Origin: Octopus sinensis
Taxonomy: Eukaryota
Reading direction: 5' to 3'
Length of the DNA stretch: 64,000 nucleotides
Assembly (NCBI RefSeq): GCF_006345805.1
Contig: NW_021832128.1
Coordinates: 136,001-200,000 of the forward strand
The position numbers were made by a program, and so were the translations under genes. The notes beneath the pieces were generated by a model. It did not search any database. It was given only the letters and a program-made list of their open reading frames with translations, and was not told where the DNA came from. Below are positions 37,383-49,900 of this stretch, one piece after another; within the stretch, counting starts at the first letter, position 1; every line of letters starts with the position of its first letter.

Positions 37383-39579
37383 GTTTGCAATGCATTTATA
37401 GCTTTCTTTTGCATATTTGAAAAGCATTTCCAGACTTAAAAATCCAATGAATCCAAAGTATTGATGAAAGTTGTTATTACAATTCCGATAGTCCATGGTG
37501 TATTTAGAGCATCAGGATTCTAATGCTTCTTAGCATACCTAGCTGACAGAAATATACAATAGATCTTTGAATATTACCGATAATTGTCAAACATTATACA
37601 TGGAGATGATTTATTTCTTATCTGTTGCTTAAACCATAAAACTGGTGTTGAAAAGTAGCTTGGATTCTAGAGACATTTGCAACTTCATCATATTTGATAT
37701 TTTCAATATCATGATGCACTGTCTCCTACTGAAACTGCCTGTGTCACTATTTGAAAACTGCTCTGAGCTTCCTATTTGCTGGGCTACTTACAGGGCTCTA
37801 AGTAATGATTAGCTGCAATGCATGAGTCATGGTTTCTTATAGTGCCACTCTTGGTGTTCCTCTAAAGATTGTGGTCACTGTTGTTCCTCTTGACTAAACC
37901 ATGTTTCTGGTTGAAATCCAGTTTAAATAATAAAGACCAGTAACTGAGCTAGATTCAAGGGAATGTATTCTTTTCTTTACTGAAAAAAAAGTCATTAACC
38001 AAAACAAATCGTTATAAATAGTGTATCATAACATAATACAGTCTGTTTTACTGGCAATTTTCCTTGCTTACCCTACAAAGAATAGACTTTGTGCAATATG
38101 CATAACTCTCATTCTCTGACATAATCTGATACAATATTAATCAAAAAGTTAAATAAAAATAAAAAATCCTATCAACATATATAATCTGTATTTGAAAGTA
38201 TTTAAGTTACCATTGCTATGTATATTCACATATGAAATCAGTTACATGCTACTGACTTCACTTTTTGTATAACTGATTTTAGTTTACCCAGCATATCTTG
38301 AAATATTCAGTGAAAAAAAGCAAAATTTGGAACAACAAAAGAATAAAATTTTATTTTGTTGAGTTAATAAAATTGGTGCCAGTGTTCATCTGACAGCACA
38401 CTTTTTTTCTTTTTTGATGCTTTAATGTGAGGAGATTGAAATAGGAGGAAAAGCCATAATTCATAGGTTATCCACAAACTGGTGGCATGACTTGAATACC
38501 TGCAACAAAGTGAACTTTACTAAAGAAACTTGTAAAGTGCAAAGTGGTTATGTTTAACCAGGTAACAGGTTATGCCTACCACCCAAGAATGGATACAGTC
38601 ACCTTTCTGTACAGTTCACCTTTCCCCTAACTATGGCAGGAGACACTGAGTTGCCTGAGTTGCTGTTTATTGAAATCAAGCCCAAAACCATATGATTGCA
38701 AAGGGACTTTTATAACCGTGTGCCTGAGCCATTACAAATGTGTAACCTTGAGCCAGTTTTTAAAAAAAAATCATTGTTTTTATTATCTGAATTTGAGAGT
38801 AAAGTAAAATGGAATGATAAAAATGTGTTTACAGTTCATTTAACAATATTATTGTAAAGAAATGTGAATAAAAGAGAGTCATTTACTTTCTACATCTGCA
38901 TGGTGCTTTCAGAAAGTGTAAAATCATAAAATCTAAAACTTTAATTACTGGAATTGAATCAAAGAAAAAAAATATTAAAATGATTTTCACAAATTAGTCA
39001 ACTAATACTGGATTCAGTTTCTGAATAGCAAGGATAAGATTTTGTAATAAAATATCAATGTTAGCCTAGAAGCATTATAAGATTGAATCAAAATGAAAAG
39101 TATACGGAAAATATGCATTTGTAATTATTTAGCTTCTGAAGTATGTTTGTACCTATGACCTGCACAGTTGATGTTCAATTTGAACTTCTATAGGTCCACA
39201 CATAGATGGAAAAAAACATGAGTAGGGAGTGCTGCAATTCCTGGTATAGTGGATTACAAAAAGTGTTTCATACAGAGTTTAGTGTGTGAGAAGGGATGCA
39301 AAGAATGCTGTCTTTATAGGAGTAGTTGTTGAATGTGATGGCAAGTAAGCTGTTGATGTGCAAGTGTGTAAGGGAGACAACTAAACCTTAGAGTTAATGT
39401 AGGTTAGTGAGAGTTCCATCAGTGCATGTGATGGTGTGATCTGACATGATCTTCCCAGTCTAAGAAATGGATAAAGCATAACAGATCTTTTTTTTTTTTT
39501 ATCTAAGAGACTTGCATGTCAAACATGATCAAATATTTCATTGACTTTTAAGTGTAACAATTTCGTTTTCACTAAATTT

Positions 39580-41750
39580 TTCAAGTATAAGAGCCTGGTG
39601 AACATTGAGGAGATTTAAGGTTTTGGAGAAGGTGATTAACAAATATCTCCAAAACCTTTGGAAGTGAGTGATAAATTGGGTTGCTCTGTTTCTAGGAATA
39701 TAATAAAATGTGTGTTTCCAAAGATCAGGACAGATCCCTTTAGAGTGAGATTGAAGAATTTGACAAAGATAAGAAATAGCTTGGGAGCACATTGTCTGAG
39801 CATAATGAAAAGAGCAATTTGGACCATTAGCCTTGAAAGTTTGAAGCAATTTTACCTAGTGTGTGCAGTGTGGAGTTGGATGCAAGTGAGCTGCAAATGG
39901 GAAGGCTTTCTTTATGGGGGTACTGTTTATGGAAACATTATGGTCGAAAAGTAAAGATTAGCTTGTGTTCTGTGGCATGCACTAAATCCTGTTTTACATT
40001 TCATATGATGGTCTTGCAGTTTCAGTGATGGATAAAGTTGTCCACCATATGATGAGTGGGGTTTTTTCCCCAAGCATTGTAAGATCATGTTCTTTGTACT
40101 CCCACAGTGCTGCAGTGTGTGAACCATTTAGTAGATTTAGGGTTTTGTGCTTTAGTTTTGTGTAAGATGTGAAGGGAAATACTTAAGAGGATGGTTTCAG
40201 TCACCTACTTAGTTATTTCTGATAGGTAGAGGTAATACACATACAATGTAAGGAATAGTTAATGTAGAGCTATAAGCACCCCAACTAGCTAGCTGATTTG
40301 AAGTGCCAAAGTGTGAAAATGTTTGTTGTGCAATGTGATGTATCCATCATGTGATAAGGCATTGTTGATCTAATAAATGCAGAGATAGTGATGGTTAGGT
40401 AGAGGCTGTATTCAGTGATAAGAAAGTGATTTAGAGTATATAGAGTTCTAGCAGTATCGCCCAGCGTTGCTCAGGTTTGTAAGGGAAATAACTATAAAGC
40501 ATTTTTAGAGAGTTATAGCCAAAAAATAGCAAAAAGATGGAAAAAAATGATGGTAAATATTTTTTTTAGTTAAAAAAGGTGGAGTTGCGTCCCCTAGACA
40601 GTTTGCGGTTTGTGTTTCTGATTCTCAACCCCATGTCGAATTTATCGATTTTTTTCAGAACTGGGGGAACTTTTCAAAATTTTCGCTGCGTTAGTTTTGA
40701 ATTATGACATTGGGCTATGTGTGTGTCAAGTTTCATCAGAATCGGTTGAAAGCCGTGGTTAGGGTGAGGGTACAAGAAAACAGACACACAGAAACACGCA
40801 CAGACAAACTGCCGTTTATATAGAGAGAGAAGAGATATTTATGAACCAATGGGGGAGACCTCTATATGGTAGCTAGACCTAATAGAAATAGCAACCAAAT
40901 CTCCCTCGAATTATACCAACTGTCTGATGTACGTATAAGCCAGTGTGGGAAACTACTACATAGTAGCTATAGCTGTTAGAAATAGCAGCTAAATCTCCCT
41001 CAAACCAAACCCTACTATTTTATGTATCTATGTATGTATGAGTCAGTGTAGGAGACTTCTCCATGGTAGCTATACCTCAAAAATTCCTTGTCTTGCAAGT
41101 TACTTGGTGACCCTGCTGGTGCTGGTGCTTATGTATGTATAGATTTATAAGTTGATCTGAGATGCATAAGGGAATGAATCTAACTGTTGTAGAAAGTTAG
41201 GATTGTAAAAGATTCAGTTCTGTATGAATAGCATTGAAGTTGCTGAGGATGTAAGATAGATGTCCTCAGTGTTTGAAGAAATGGTTGTTGGAAAAGACAC
41301 AAAGGCAGCGGTTGCATTTAGACGAGTTGGGAAGATTTTGAGTAAGAGTAATCAAAAGTCATTGTGATGAGAAAGGAGAGTAGAATCTATTTGCAGACTT
41401 TCCCTTTCAGAGTTAAGTTTGAGTATACTGTGGCTTGGATTGATGTTAAACTAGGTGGTGGATTGTGTCTACCATTAAAAAGGGAAGTTTAGAGGGGAGC
41501 TGTGGTGTTTTATCATCAATGCTTTTTATCCTCTTGAAATGACTATCAAATTCGATTCAACTGAATGGTTTGATCAAATACTTCCATTCGATATCCTTCT
41601 CCACTATGGAGATGTTTTGATGAATGTTATAATGGACATAGCAAGCAGGCAGGTTGAATCAGTGTTTGTTGACATCTGGAAATGTTTCTATTATGGCTGT
41701 TCATAGCAAATTAGGAGGTAGACTAGTCCATTGTTTGTTGTGATAGAATA
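39580..41750 (-). mobile_element. Highly decayed retroelement RT remnant, possibly Penelope-like, interrupted by a Helitron
   Basis: Only weak motif traces and a strand-biased composition; no clean ORF. Confidence 0.3.
40448..40835 (-). mobile_element. Non-autonomous Helitron (~390 bp)
   Basis: 5' TC...CTATATAAACGGCAGTTTGTCTG is nearly identical to 46910-47160. 3' hairpin CCTGAGCAACGCTGGG followed by CTAG. Confidence 0.88.
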
Positions 41751-41858
41751 TTTAATAGTGGATAGTGACTGGTCAGCTCAAATATTTCTGTTTTCATTTT
41801 TCTCTGAAATACATTATATATCAGTTTCTTTTCCCTTTCTTTAAAATGTATACATATT

Positions 41859-42417
41859 ACAGAAATATTAATATTACTAAGTCTCTCTAAAAGAGATTGC
41901 GGCAGCGTCGCTAGAAATCAATTGTTATCGCCATATTAATATGGCATTCTTATTATAAGAATAAAAGCTGTCCGCTGATTAGCTCCATGAGGCCAAACGC
42001 CTTAAGATAGCTATGATACACAAACTGTATCCATTTTTAACCTTCGAACAAGGGAGGTCAGCCGCTTCACACTGCCAGTCCGACAGCTACAGACGTGTTT
42101 CAGGGTATTTGCCCTTTGTCAATGTAGCGCAGTCAGACCTCAGCAGGTGGCGACACTGACATCTCTGTTCGAAGGTTTTTATTTATCTAGTTTCAGTGGA
42201 ATACATCCACTTGTTCTTAATAACAGAAATATTAATATTACTAAGTCTCTCTAAAAGAGATTGCGGCAGCGTCGCTAGAAATCAATTGTTCGAAGGTTAA
42301 AAATGGATACAGTTTGTGTATCATAGCTATCTTAAGGCGTTTGGCCTCATGGAGCTAATCAGCGGACAGCTTTTATTCTTATAATTAGAATGCCATATTA
42401 ATATGGCGATAACAATT
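41859..42417. mobile_element. Penelope-like terminal module with direct (41859-41926 / 42223-42290) and inverted (~41920-42053 / 42284-42417) duplications
   Basis: Repeats read directly; contains a hammerhead on the minus strand. Confidence 0.75.
42086..42128 (-). ncRNA. Minimal hammerhead, U3-A8 variant (family D)
   Basis: GCUACA-UUGACAA-AGGG-CAAAUA-CCCU-GAAA-CAC-GUC-UGUAGC; stem I is a perfect 6 bp. Confidence 0.72.
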
Positions 42418-43029
42418 TATATACATATTACATTATATTGAAATGCAAACTCAGTTGTAGCTGGTTCTTTATGCCAACCATTTTCCTTAAAAAGATTTGC
42501 ATGGTGTGTATATTATCCATCCATCCATCCATCCACCCATACATATATGCATAAAATTGATTCTACTTTATATATAAAATGATTCTACCATTCATGTGTT
42601 GAATACATATACCAGCTTGGTGCCTGGTATGAATAAGACCACCAAAAACTGCAATATGAAAGATGCTCAAAAGAACAACCTCACTGCATCACCTATTGTA
42701 CAGGTTAACAAGGAATATTTTCTGTTCTTAGGTAGAGGGTCCCATTCAAAAAATATATTGCAGTGCTGATACAACCAACAATAAGCTTGCAACTTGTTCT
42801 TGGAGGCACAGGGTAGGAGCACAGAGGATGCATGTCCCAGGACCTTGAAGCAGGTCCAAGAGGGATCAACCATTAATGATTTCATATTGAAATGTTATAA
42901 TTCTTAGAGGCAAAGAGTAGAAACTGTTGCCAGAGAGATATAGTCAGTGTTACCTCTACAGTGTTCTGTGGGTCTGGTACCATAGATTTGGATGGATGAT
43001 GAATGAAACTCTACTGTTTGGGTGTGATG

Positions 43030-43690
43030 CCAATCACAATATATAACTGGCTTCCATACTGGTGGCATGTAAAAAGCACCATTTGAGCGTGATCATTACC
43101 AGTGTCGCTTTACTGGCACACTTGCCGGTGGTACGTGAAAAAAACACCATTTGAGCATGGCCATTGCCAGTAGCACCTGATTGGCCCTCATGCTGGTGGC
43201 ATGTAAAGGCACCCACTACACTCTTTGCATGGTTGGTGTTAGGAAGGGCATCAAGCTGTAGAAACTCTTCCAGATCAGATTGGAGCCTGGTGCAACATGG
43301 AAAACGGATGCTAAACGATGATGATATATATATATTTTTATATATATATTTATATATATATATATATATTTATTTATATATATATATATTTATATATAAA
43401 TTAAATTAAAGATAAAACCACTATTAGGCAAATCAAACAGTGACAAACATAAACCAAAACATAGAAATAAAATTAATTAATATAATATACAAATATATTG
43501 AGCATGGCTGTTGCCAGTAGCACCTGACTGGCCCTCATGCTGGTGGCATGTAAAGGCACCCACTACACTCTTCGCGTGGTTGGCGTTAGGAAGGGCATCA
43601 AGCTGTAGAAACTCTTCCAGATCAGATTGGAGCCTGGTGCAGCCATCTGGGTTGCCAGTCACAGTCAAATCGTCCAACCCATGCTAGCAT
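43030..43690 (+). mobile_element. Two RTE 3'UTR fragments (43030-43325, 43495-43690) separated by TA and a PLE-tail-like piece
   Basis: ggttggcgttaggaagggcatc motif and a (GAT)n tail; about 150 bp is duplicated between them. Confidence 0.75.
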
Positions 43691-43699
43691 TTATATAAA

Positions 43700-46600
43700 G
43701 ATGAGAAAACAGATGGGAGAGAAGGGTTTACGCATCCAAGATGGACAAATAATCAAGTCCTACCTCTGGTCGCATGCTGTAGTGCTGACGGGGAAAGTGA
43801 ATTGAGGGCGAATCGAAGTAAAGTAGATACCCCCGTCAACGATACCCCTTATTCTGCTTGTTTCCCAACTCCCGCCCCTCAAATTTCACAGCTCAGCATC
43901 GTCTATACCAACTCGTGCTCCTTATTTCCAAAGTTCAACGAACTATTTACACTGGCCATATGTGACTCCCCTGATGTGATAGCTATCACCGAGACTTGGC
44001 TGACTCCAGCAGTAAAGCACTCAGAAATTCACCTACAGGGCTACGTCCTCTTCAGATGTGACAGAGAAAAAAGGCGAGGTGGAGGTGTTACTGTGTATGT
44101 TAAATCTGATCACAAACCATCCAGCGGTATTCTACCCACTAATGCTCAACCTACAACAAAATTCGATGCCGTCTATTGCAAGCTGAGCCTATCCGAGTTT
44201 TGCCTGCCCGCGTTAGCTGTCTACAGGCCGCCTCTTGCCGACCCCCAGGACGATGTTCATTTACTCGAAGCGATAAGATTAGTTTCAGCTTCTCGTGACT
44301 GTTTGATACTAGGTGACTTCAACGCTCCCACGATCGATTGGCCCGCATCAATTTGTACATCATCTTCCCGGTTCAGCTAGGCCCTTCTTGACGTGGCTGA
44401 AGATTGTTTTCTATCGCAACATGTTGAATATCCGACAAGGCATTGGTTTGGGCAGCAGCCATCTATGCTGGATCTGGTATTCTCCCGCTATCCAAGATCA
44501 GTGTCAGACGTATCTATGTGCGCCCCTCTTGCCAAGAGTGATCATGCGGTCCTGAAGTTCGTCATGCACACAACTTTTTCTACGCCCACGACTACTTCGC
44601 TGCCACGTAGAGTCTTCTCTGCAATTAATCTTGAAATTCTAACCGAGGCTTCCGCGCTTCTGGACTGGCGATCCCTGATGACGTCCTCAGTTGATGAACT
44701 ATGGTCATCCCTCAAAGCATATGTAATCTGGTTGACTGACCAGGCAGTTCCCGCTGGGCTTCCCAAGAAGAAGAAACACAAGGCCTGGGTGACGAAGAAG
44801 GTTAAATGAGAACTTCGACTCAGAGATATTGCTTGGGCTGAATTCAAAAATCTGGATTCGACTGCAGCTTTTGAGACCGAGCCGTGAAAATTGAAAAGGA
44901 AGAACGCTTCAGTTATGAATACAAAATCGCGGCAAATGCCAGTAGCAATCCAAAAACCTTCTTTGCCCATGTCCAACGGAATTCCCGCTTGAACAACCAG
45001 ATTGCAACGTTGGTAGACTCAACAGGCGTATCGATTGAGGACCTTTATCAACAGAGTCAATTATTTGCCGAGGCTTTTTCAACTATTTTCAAACAAGATG
45101 ATGGTCGTGAACCCCCTCCATTTGATAGATTGGTACCTCCAATGCTTCGATTGGTCATCACGCGGGACAAAGTCAAATGTGTTATTCAAGGCCTCGATGT
45201 CAACAAGGGTCATGGCCCTGACGGCATACACCCACAGGTTATCAAAGCGTTGGCTCCGGTCATCTGCGAGCCCTTAACACGTCTATTCAATATGTCATTG
45301 GCGACAGGTGTTATACCTGCGGACTGGAGAACAGCGATAATCTGCCCAATTTTCAAGAAAGGGAGCCACGAAGACCCGCTTAACTACCGACCAGTTTCCC
45401 TTACATCAATAATCAGCAAGATGTTCGAAACCATCCTTAAGAAAAGTATGATGCTCCACCTCCAAAACACAGCCTCTATCTCTGATTCCCAACACGGCTT
45501 CGTGCCGAAGAGATCATACTTGACCAACTTACTGGTAATGAAAGAATTGGTGACGCGCATCCTCGATGATAGTGATGCTGTTGACATCGTTTTATTGGAC
45601 TTTGCCAAAGCTTTTGACTCGGTAAACCACCGCCTATTACTTGTCAAGCTTCAAGCTTATAGTTTCCATCCGGATATTGTACGATGGGTTGGTGCCTTCC
45701 TCTCAGATCGCTCCTTCCAAGTCCAAGTTAATGGTTCGCAGTCCGACGTCTCCAGTGCGAGCAGTGGCGTGCCTCAAGGTTCAGTGCTTGGGCCCTTATT
45801 GTTCTTAGTCTTCATAAATGACTTGCCCGACGACCTCACGCAACACACCCTTCTATTTGCCGACGATGTCAAACTGGTCGCTCCTCGCGGTGATATAGAG
45901 GATCTTCGTCGATGCCTCCACCAAATTTGGAGGTGGTCTAACGAATGGGACCTGTGTCTGAACGTGTCAAAGTGCTGTCATCTGCCTGTTGGCTCTCCTC
46001 CTGCAACTCAACTTGATTTCGAGCCGGGTCGTCTGCTGCTGGAGAGGACCGTTCAGGTAAGGGACCTGGGTATCTTGGTGGATTCCTCCTTTTTGCCTTC
46101 GGCCCAGTGCGTCCATGCTGCCAACAAAGCACGCGGAATTCTGTTCTTGATTCAACGGTCATTCGGAATGATCACAGCAGCCATATTCCTACCACTCTAT
46201 GTCACGCTGGTGAGACCCATATTGGAGTACGGGATTCAAGCCTCTTCTCCTTATCTTTTCAAAGACATACAGCATCTCGAAAGAGTCCAGAAGCTGGCTA
46301 CCCGCATAGTTCATGGTCTCGAAAATTTGTCCTATGAAGAAAGGCTGAGGACGCTCGACCTTTATTCTCTAGAAAAACACCACCGCCGTGGTGATCTCAT
46401 TCTCGCCCACAACATCATAAGTGGAAAGTGTAACCTCTCGATAGAGCTGTTCTTCACTCCTGCTCCAGAGCATCGGCTGCGGGGTCATTCCGAAAAGCTC
46501 TACCTGTGATGATTTCATCTCAATCGAAGGAGAGGAGCTTTCTCTGTCCGGGTTGTGGATCCGTGGAACAAGCTACCAGACGAGATGGTGAAGATGCTGA

Positions 46601-46737
46601 CGACCGCTTTGTTCAAAGCCTCCTTTGACCTCAAGTGGCCTGAACTCTTTACATGAACACCACCCTGTACTTAACTCCATGTCCCCCTACATGGCCTTGC
46701 TATTTGCTTTTGAGCCAAATTAACTAACTAACTAACT

Positions 46738-46740
<3 letters not shown>
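43700..46740 (+). mobile_element. Near-full-length CR1-group LINE ORF2 (APE + RT) with (AACT)n tail
   Basis: YTNSCSL, DVIAITETW, GDFNAP, SDHA; NYRPVSLTS, QHGF, LDFAKAFDSV, SGVPQGSVLGPLLF, LFADD. Three stops and one deletion frameshift near 44880. Confidence 0.92.
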
Positions 46741-46768
<28 letters not shown>

Positions 46769-46909
46769 TTCTATATATATATATATATATTTCTATATAT
46801 ATATATATATTTCTATATTTATATATATATATTTCTATATTTATATATATATATTTCTATATTTATATATATATATTTCTATATTTATATATATATTTAT
46901 ATTTATATA

Positions 46910-49900
46910 TCTCTCTATATATAAACGGCAGTTTGTCTGTGTGTGTTTCTTGTGTCTGTTTGCTTGTACCCTCACTCTGACCACGGCTTTCAACCGATTC
47001 TGATGAAACTTGACACACACATAGCCCAATGTCATAATTCAAAACTAACGCAGCGAAAATTTTGAAAAGTTCCCCCAGTTCTGAAAAAAATTGATACATT
47101 CGACATGGGGTCGACAATCAGAAACACAAACCACAGACTGTCTAGGGGACGCAACTCGAGAATCTAAGCTTTTTATATGCAACGCATTATCTATGGTAGT
47201 TTTCGCAACTTGCAATCGATTTTCACAAAACTCATGGGGAAGCTTAATGTTACCCTAAGAAACTCAATTCTGACGTTAGTTTTCCATGCAATACCTTACC
47301 ATCAGAAACAATCGATAAAATCATGCCATTTTGGGAAATCGTGTTCAAATTCAAGATGACATATTTTCGACAATATCTTTCACAAATTGGCAGGAATTTT
47401 TTTTTTTTATTCACAACGAGCATCATGTCTGCTCCAAGGAACTATATAGCCCTTTTTATTCCAATAGGATACATTATTGGAAAAAATCGATTAATTAAAT
47501 CATATGTGGCACACATAGCAAACCGATTTGTGTATTAAACACAAACCAGACTGTCTAGGGGACGCAACTCGACCTTTTTAGCTATCGATAATTCGATCCA
47601 ACCAATTCCTACCAGGAAGAAATTACATTCGAGACTTTACCCCCAACACTTCTGCTAATAGCTGCTGCAGCCGCAAGTTATTCGAATACTTTTTTTGTTT
47701 ACACTTTCTTTATAACTACCACCCCAAACGTTTTACCTTAAATTTTTGACGTACCCTAACAGCCCTCGGACGCTACTTGCAAACTCTTGGTTTATTATAA
47801 ACCGCTTTTGTCATGTGCATCAAAAAACCTTTTCCTTTCGTTTGTTCAGTTTGGTCACTTTTGACTTTTTCGTTGTTGTCACTCACATTGCTGCCCGCTT
47901 TTTTGCCGTTTTTGTACATTTTTTTACATTTTGGGATACTTACCCCACGAGCTCCTTTTTATTACACCTTTACCAAACACATTGCTATCCACCAAAATAC
48001 TTACCCCACGTGTTCCTTTTTATTACACCTTTGCCAAACACATTGCTATCCACCAAAATGCCACCCAAGAAGAGAAGGACCCTCCTCAGCCCTCGGACGG
48101 CCAAGGCATCGGCTGCTAGGGCTAGAAGGGCACGCGAGACCCACGAGGAAACCGCCTTGCGCCTCTTGCAAACAGCTTCCCGTTCTGCCGCTGCTCAGGC
48201 ATCTGAAACTACTAGCGACCGTTCTACCCGACTTGCAAGGGTCGCAGCGTACAGATCTTCCCTCTGGTCGAGGTTGACGAAAGAGCAACAGTCCAGCCAA
48301 AACATGCGGGCTTCTTCCTGTGCTTCCATCCGCAGAGCTCGCGAGAACCCCGAACAAAGGGCCATTCGGAATGCGGCTAACGCCACTAGCACCGCCAGGA
48401 CACGATCTGTCGAAACCTCACAGCAGAGGAGAACTCGCCAAGATGCTGACGCCGCAAACAAAGCCATGGCCCAATCTGCCGAAACACCTCAACAGAGGAG
48501 AGCTCGCCAAGCTGCTAACGCCGCAAACACAGCCATGGCTCGATCTGCCGAAACTCCACACCAACGAACTATTCGGACATCCAGAAATGCCATTAACACT
48601 GCTTCTGCTAGGGCTTCAGAGGGTGCTGAGGCGAGAGCTGAAAGGCTTTCAAGGGATGCCACTGCTACCGCTGTCGCACGTGCATCTGAATCTGCTGAGG
48701 CACGGTGCGCTCGACTTGAGAGTATCAACAAACGTCGGGATATCATTCGTGGTGTACATACCCCTGCCCCCGCTTTCTGGTTGTCACTAGCATTCAACTA
48801 CGACGCCACAATTAACTTCTCCTTGCGTGACGACATCAAGATAGGGTCAATGACAATTGTATGCCAGTTTTGCTAAGCCAAGAAATGGCATGGAGAGCCA
48901 CCTGGTTTGTGCTGCTCTGGTGGCAAAGTGGACCTGCCACCCCTACGGGAACCACCTCAACCACTGAAGGATCTTGCGGCAGGTTTAACCCCCGAATCGT
49001 CATAATTCCTTGAAATAATTCGAAAGTACAACTGCTCATTCCAAATGACCTCTTTCGGGGCCAAAATTCCTCTTAGAGAAGGCTGGATGCCTACTTTCAA
49101 AGTGCAGGGACAGGTCTACCATCTTATTGGGTCACTTCTGCCAGACGAGATTCAGCAGTCTTCTTTCCTCCAAATATACTTCATTGCTGACTACAACCAG
49201 CAGGTTGATGCACGCCTTGGAATAATACCGGGTACAAGCTATGTTCCCCGCAAAGACATTCTTCTCCGTCTCCAAACCATGCTTCATGATATCAACAGCT
49301 ACGTCTGCAGCTTCAGATATGCCTTGGACAGTGCTCCATCTCCAAACTTCACCGTTGTCATTGATGCTGATAAACGACCCCACAGGGAGCACGAACGCCG
49401 TTTCAACGCACCTGCGTGCAACGAAATTTCCGCAGTCATACACGGAGAGCAACACAACAGCCGTGACATAATCATCTCCTCCCGTGGTAACAGCCTACAC
49501 AGGATCAGCGAGACTCACAGATCTTATGACGTGCTTCAGTATCCATTGCTTTTCCCTTATGGGGAAGACGGCTACCACTTCGGAATTCCTTTACAGCAGC
49601 CCTCCAATCAAACTACTGCGGCATCAAAGACGGTTTCCTACAGGGCGTTCTACTCATATCGGTTCATGGTCAGGGAGGGTGAGTTCAGCTTATTGCCCCG
49701 TTGTCGTCAGCTATTCAACCAGTTCGCCGTCGACATGGCCGCCAAAATGGAATCAGAAAGGCTGCTATACATTAAACTTAATCAGACCAAACTTCGCTCC
49801 GACTCCTACATTCACCTCCGTGACGGCTTGCAACAAGAAAATGACCCTCGCAACATCGGCAAGCCATGCATTCTACCCTCCACCTTCACGGGAGGACCGC

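Noticed and set aside
47746-48057. N-terminal extension of the 376-aa Helitron ORF from a TTG start
   Set aside because: Low-complexity sequence with a tandem duplication; the ATG at 48058 (MPPKKRR) is the more plausible start.
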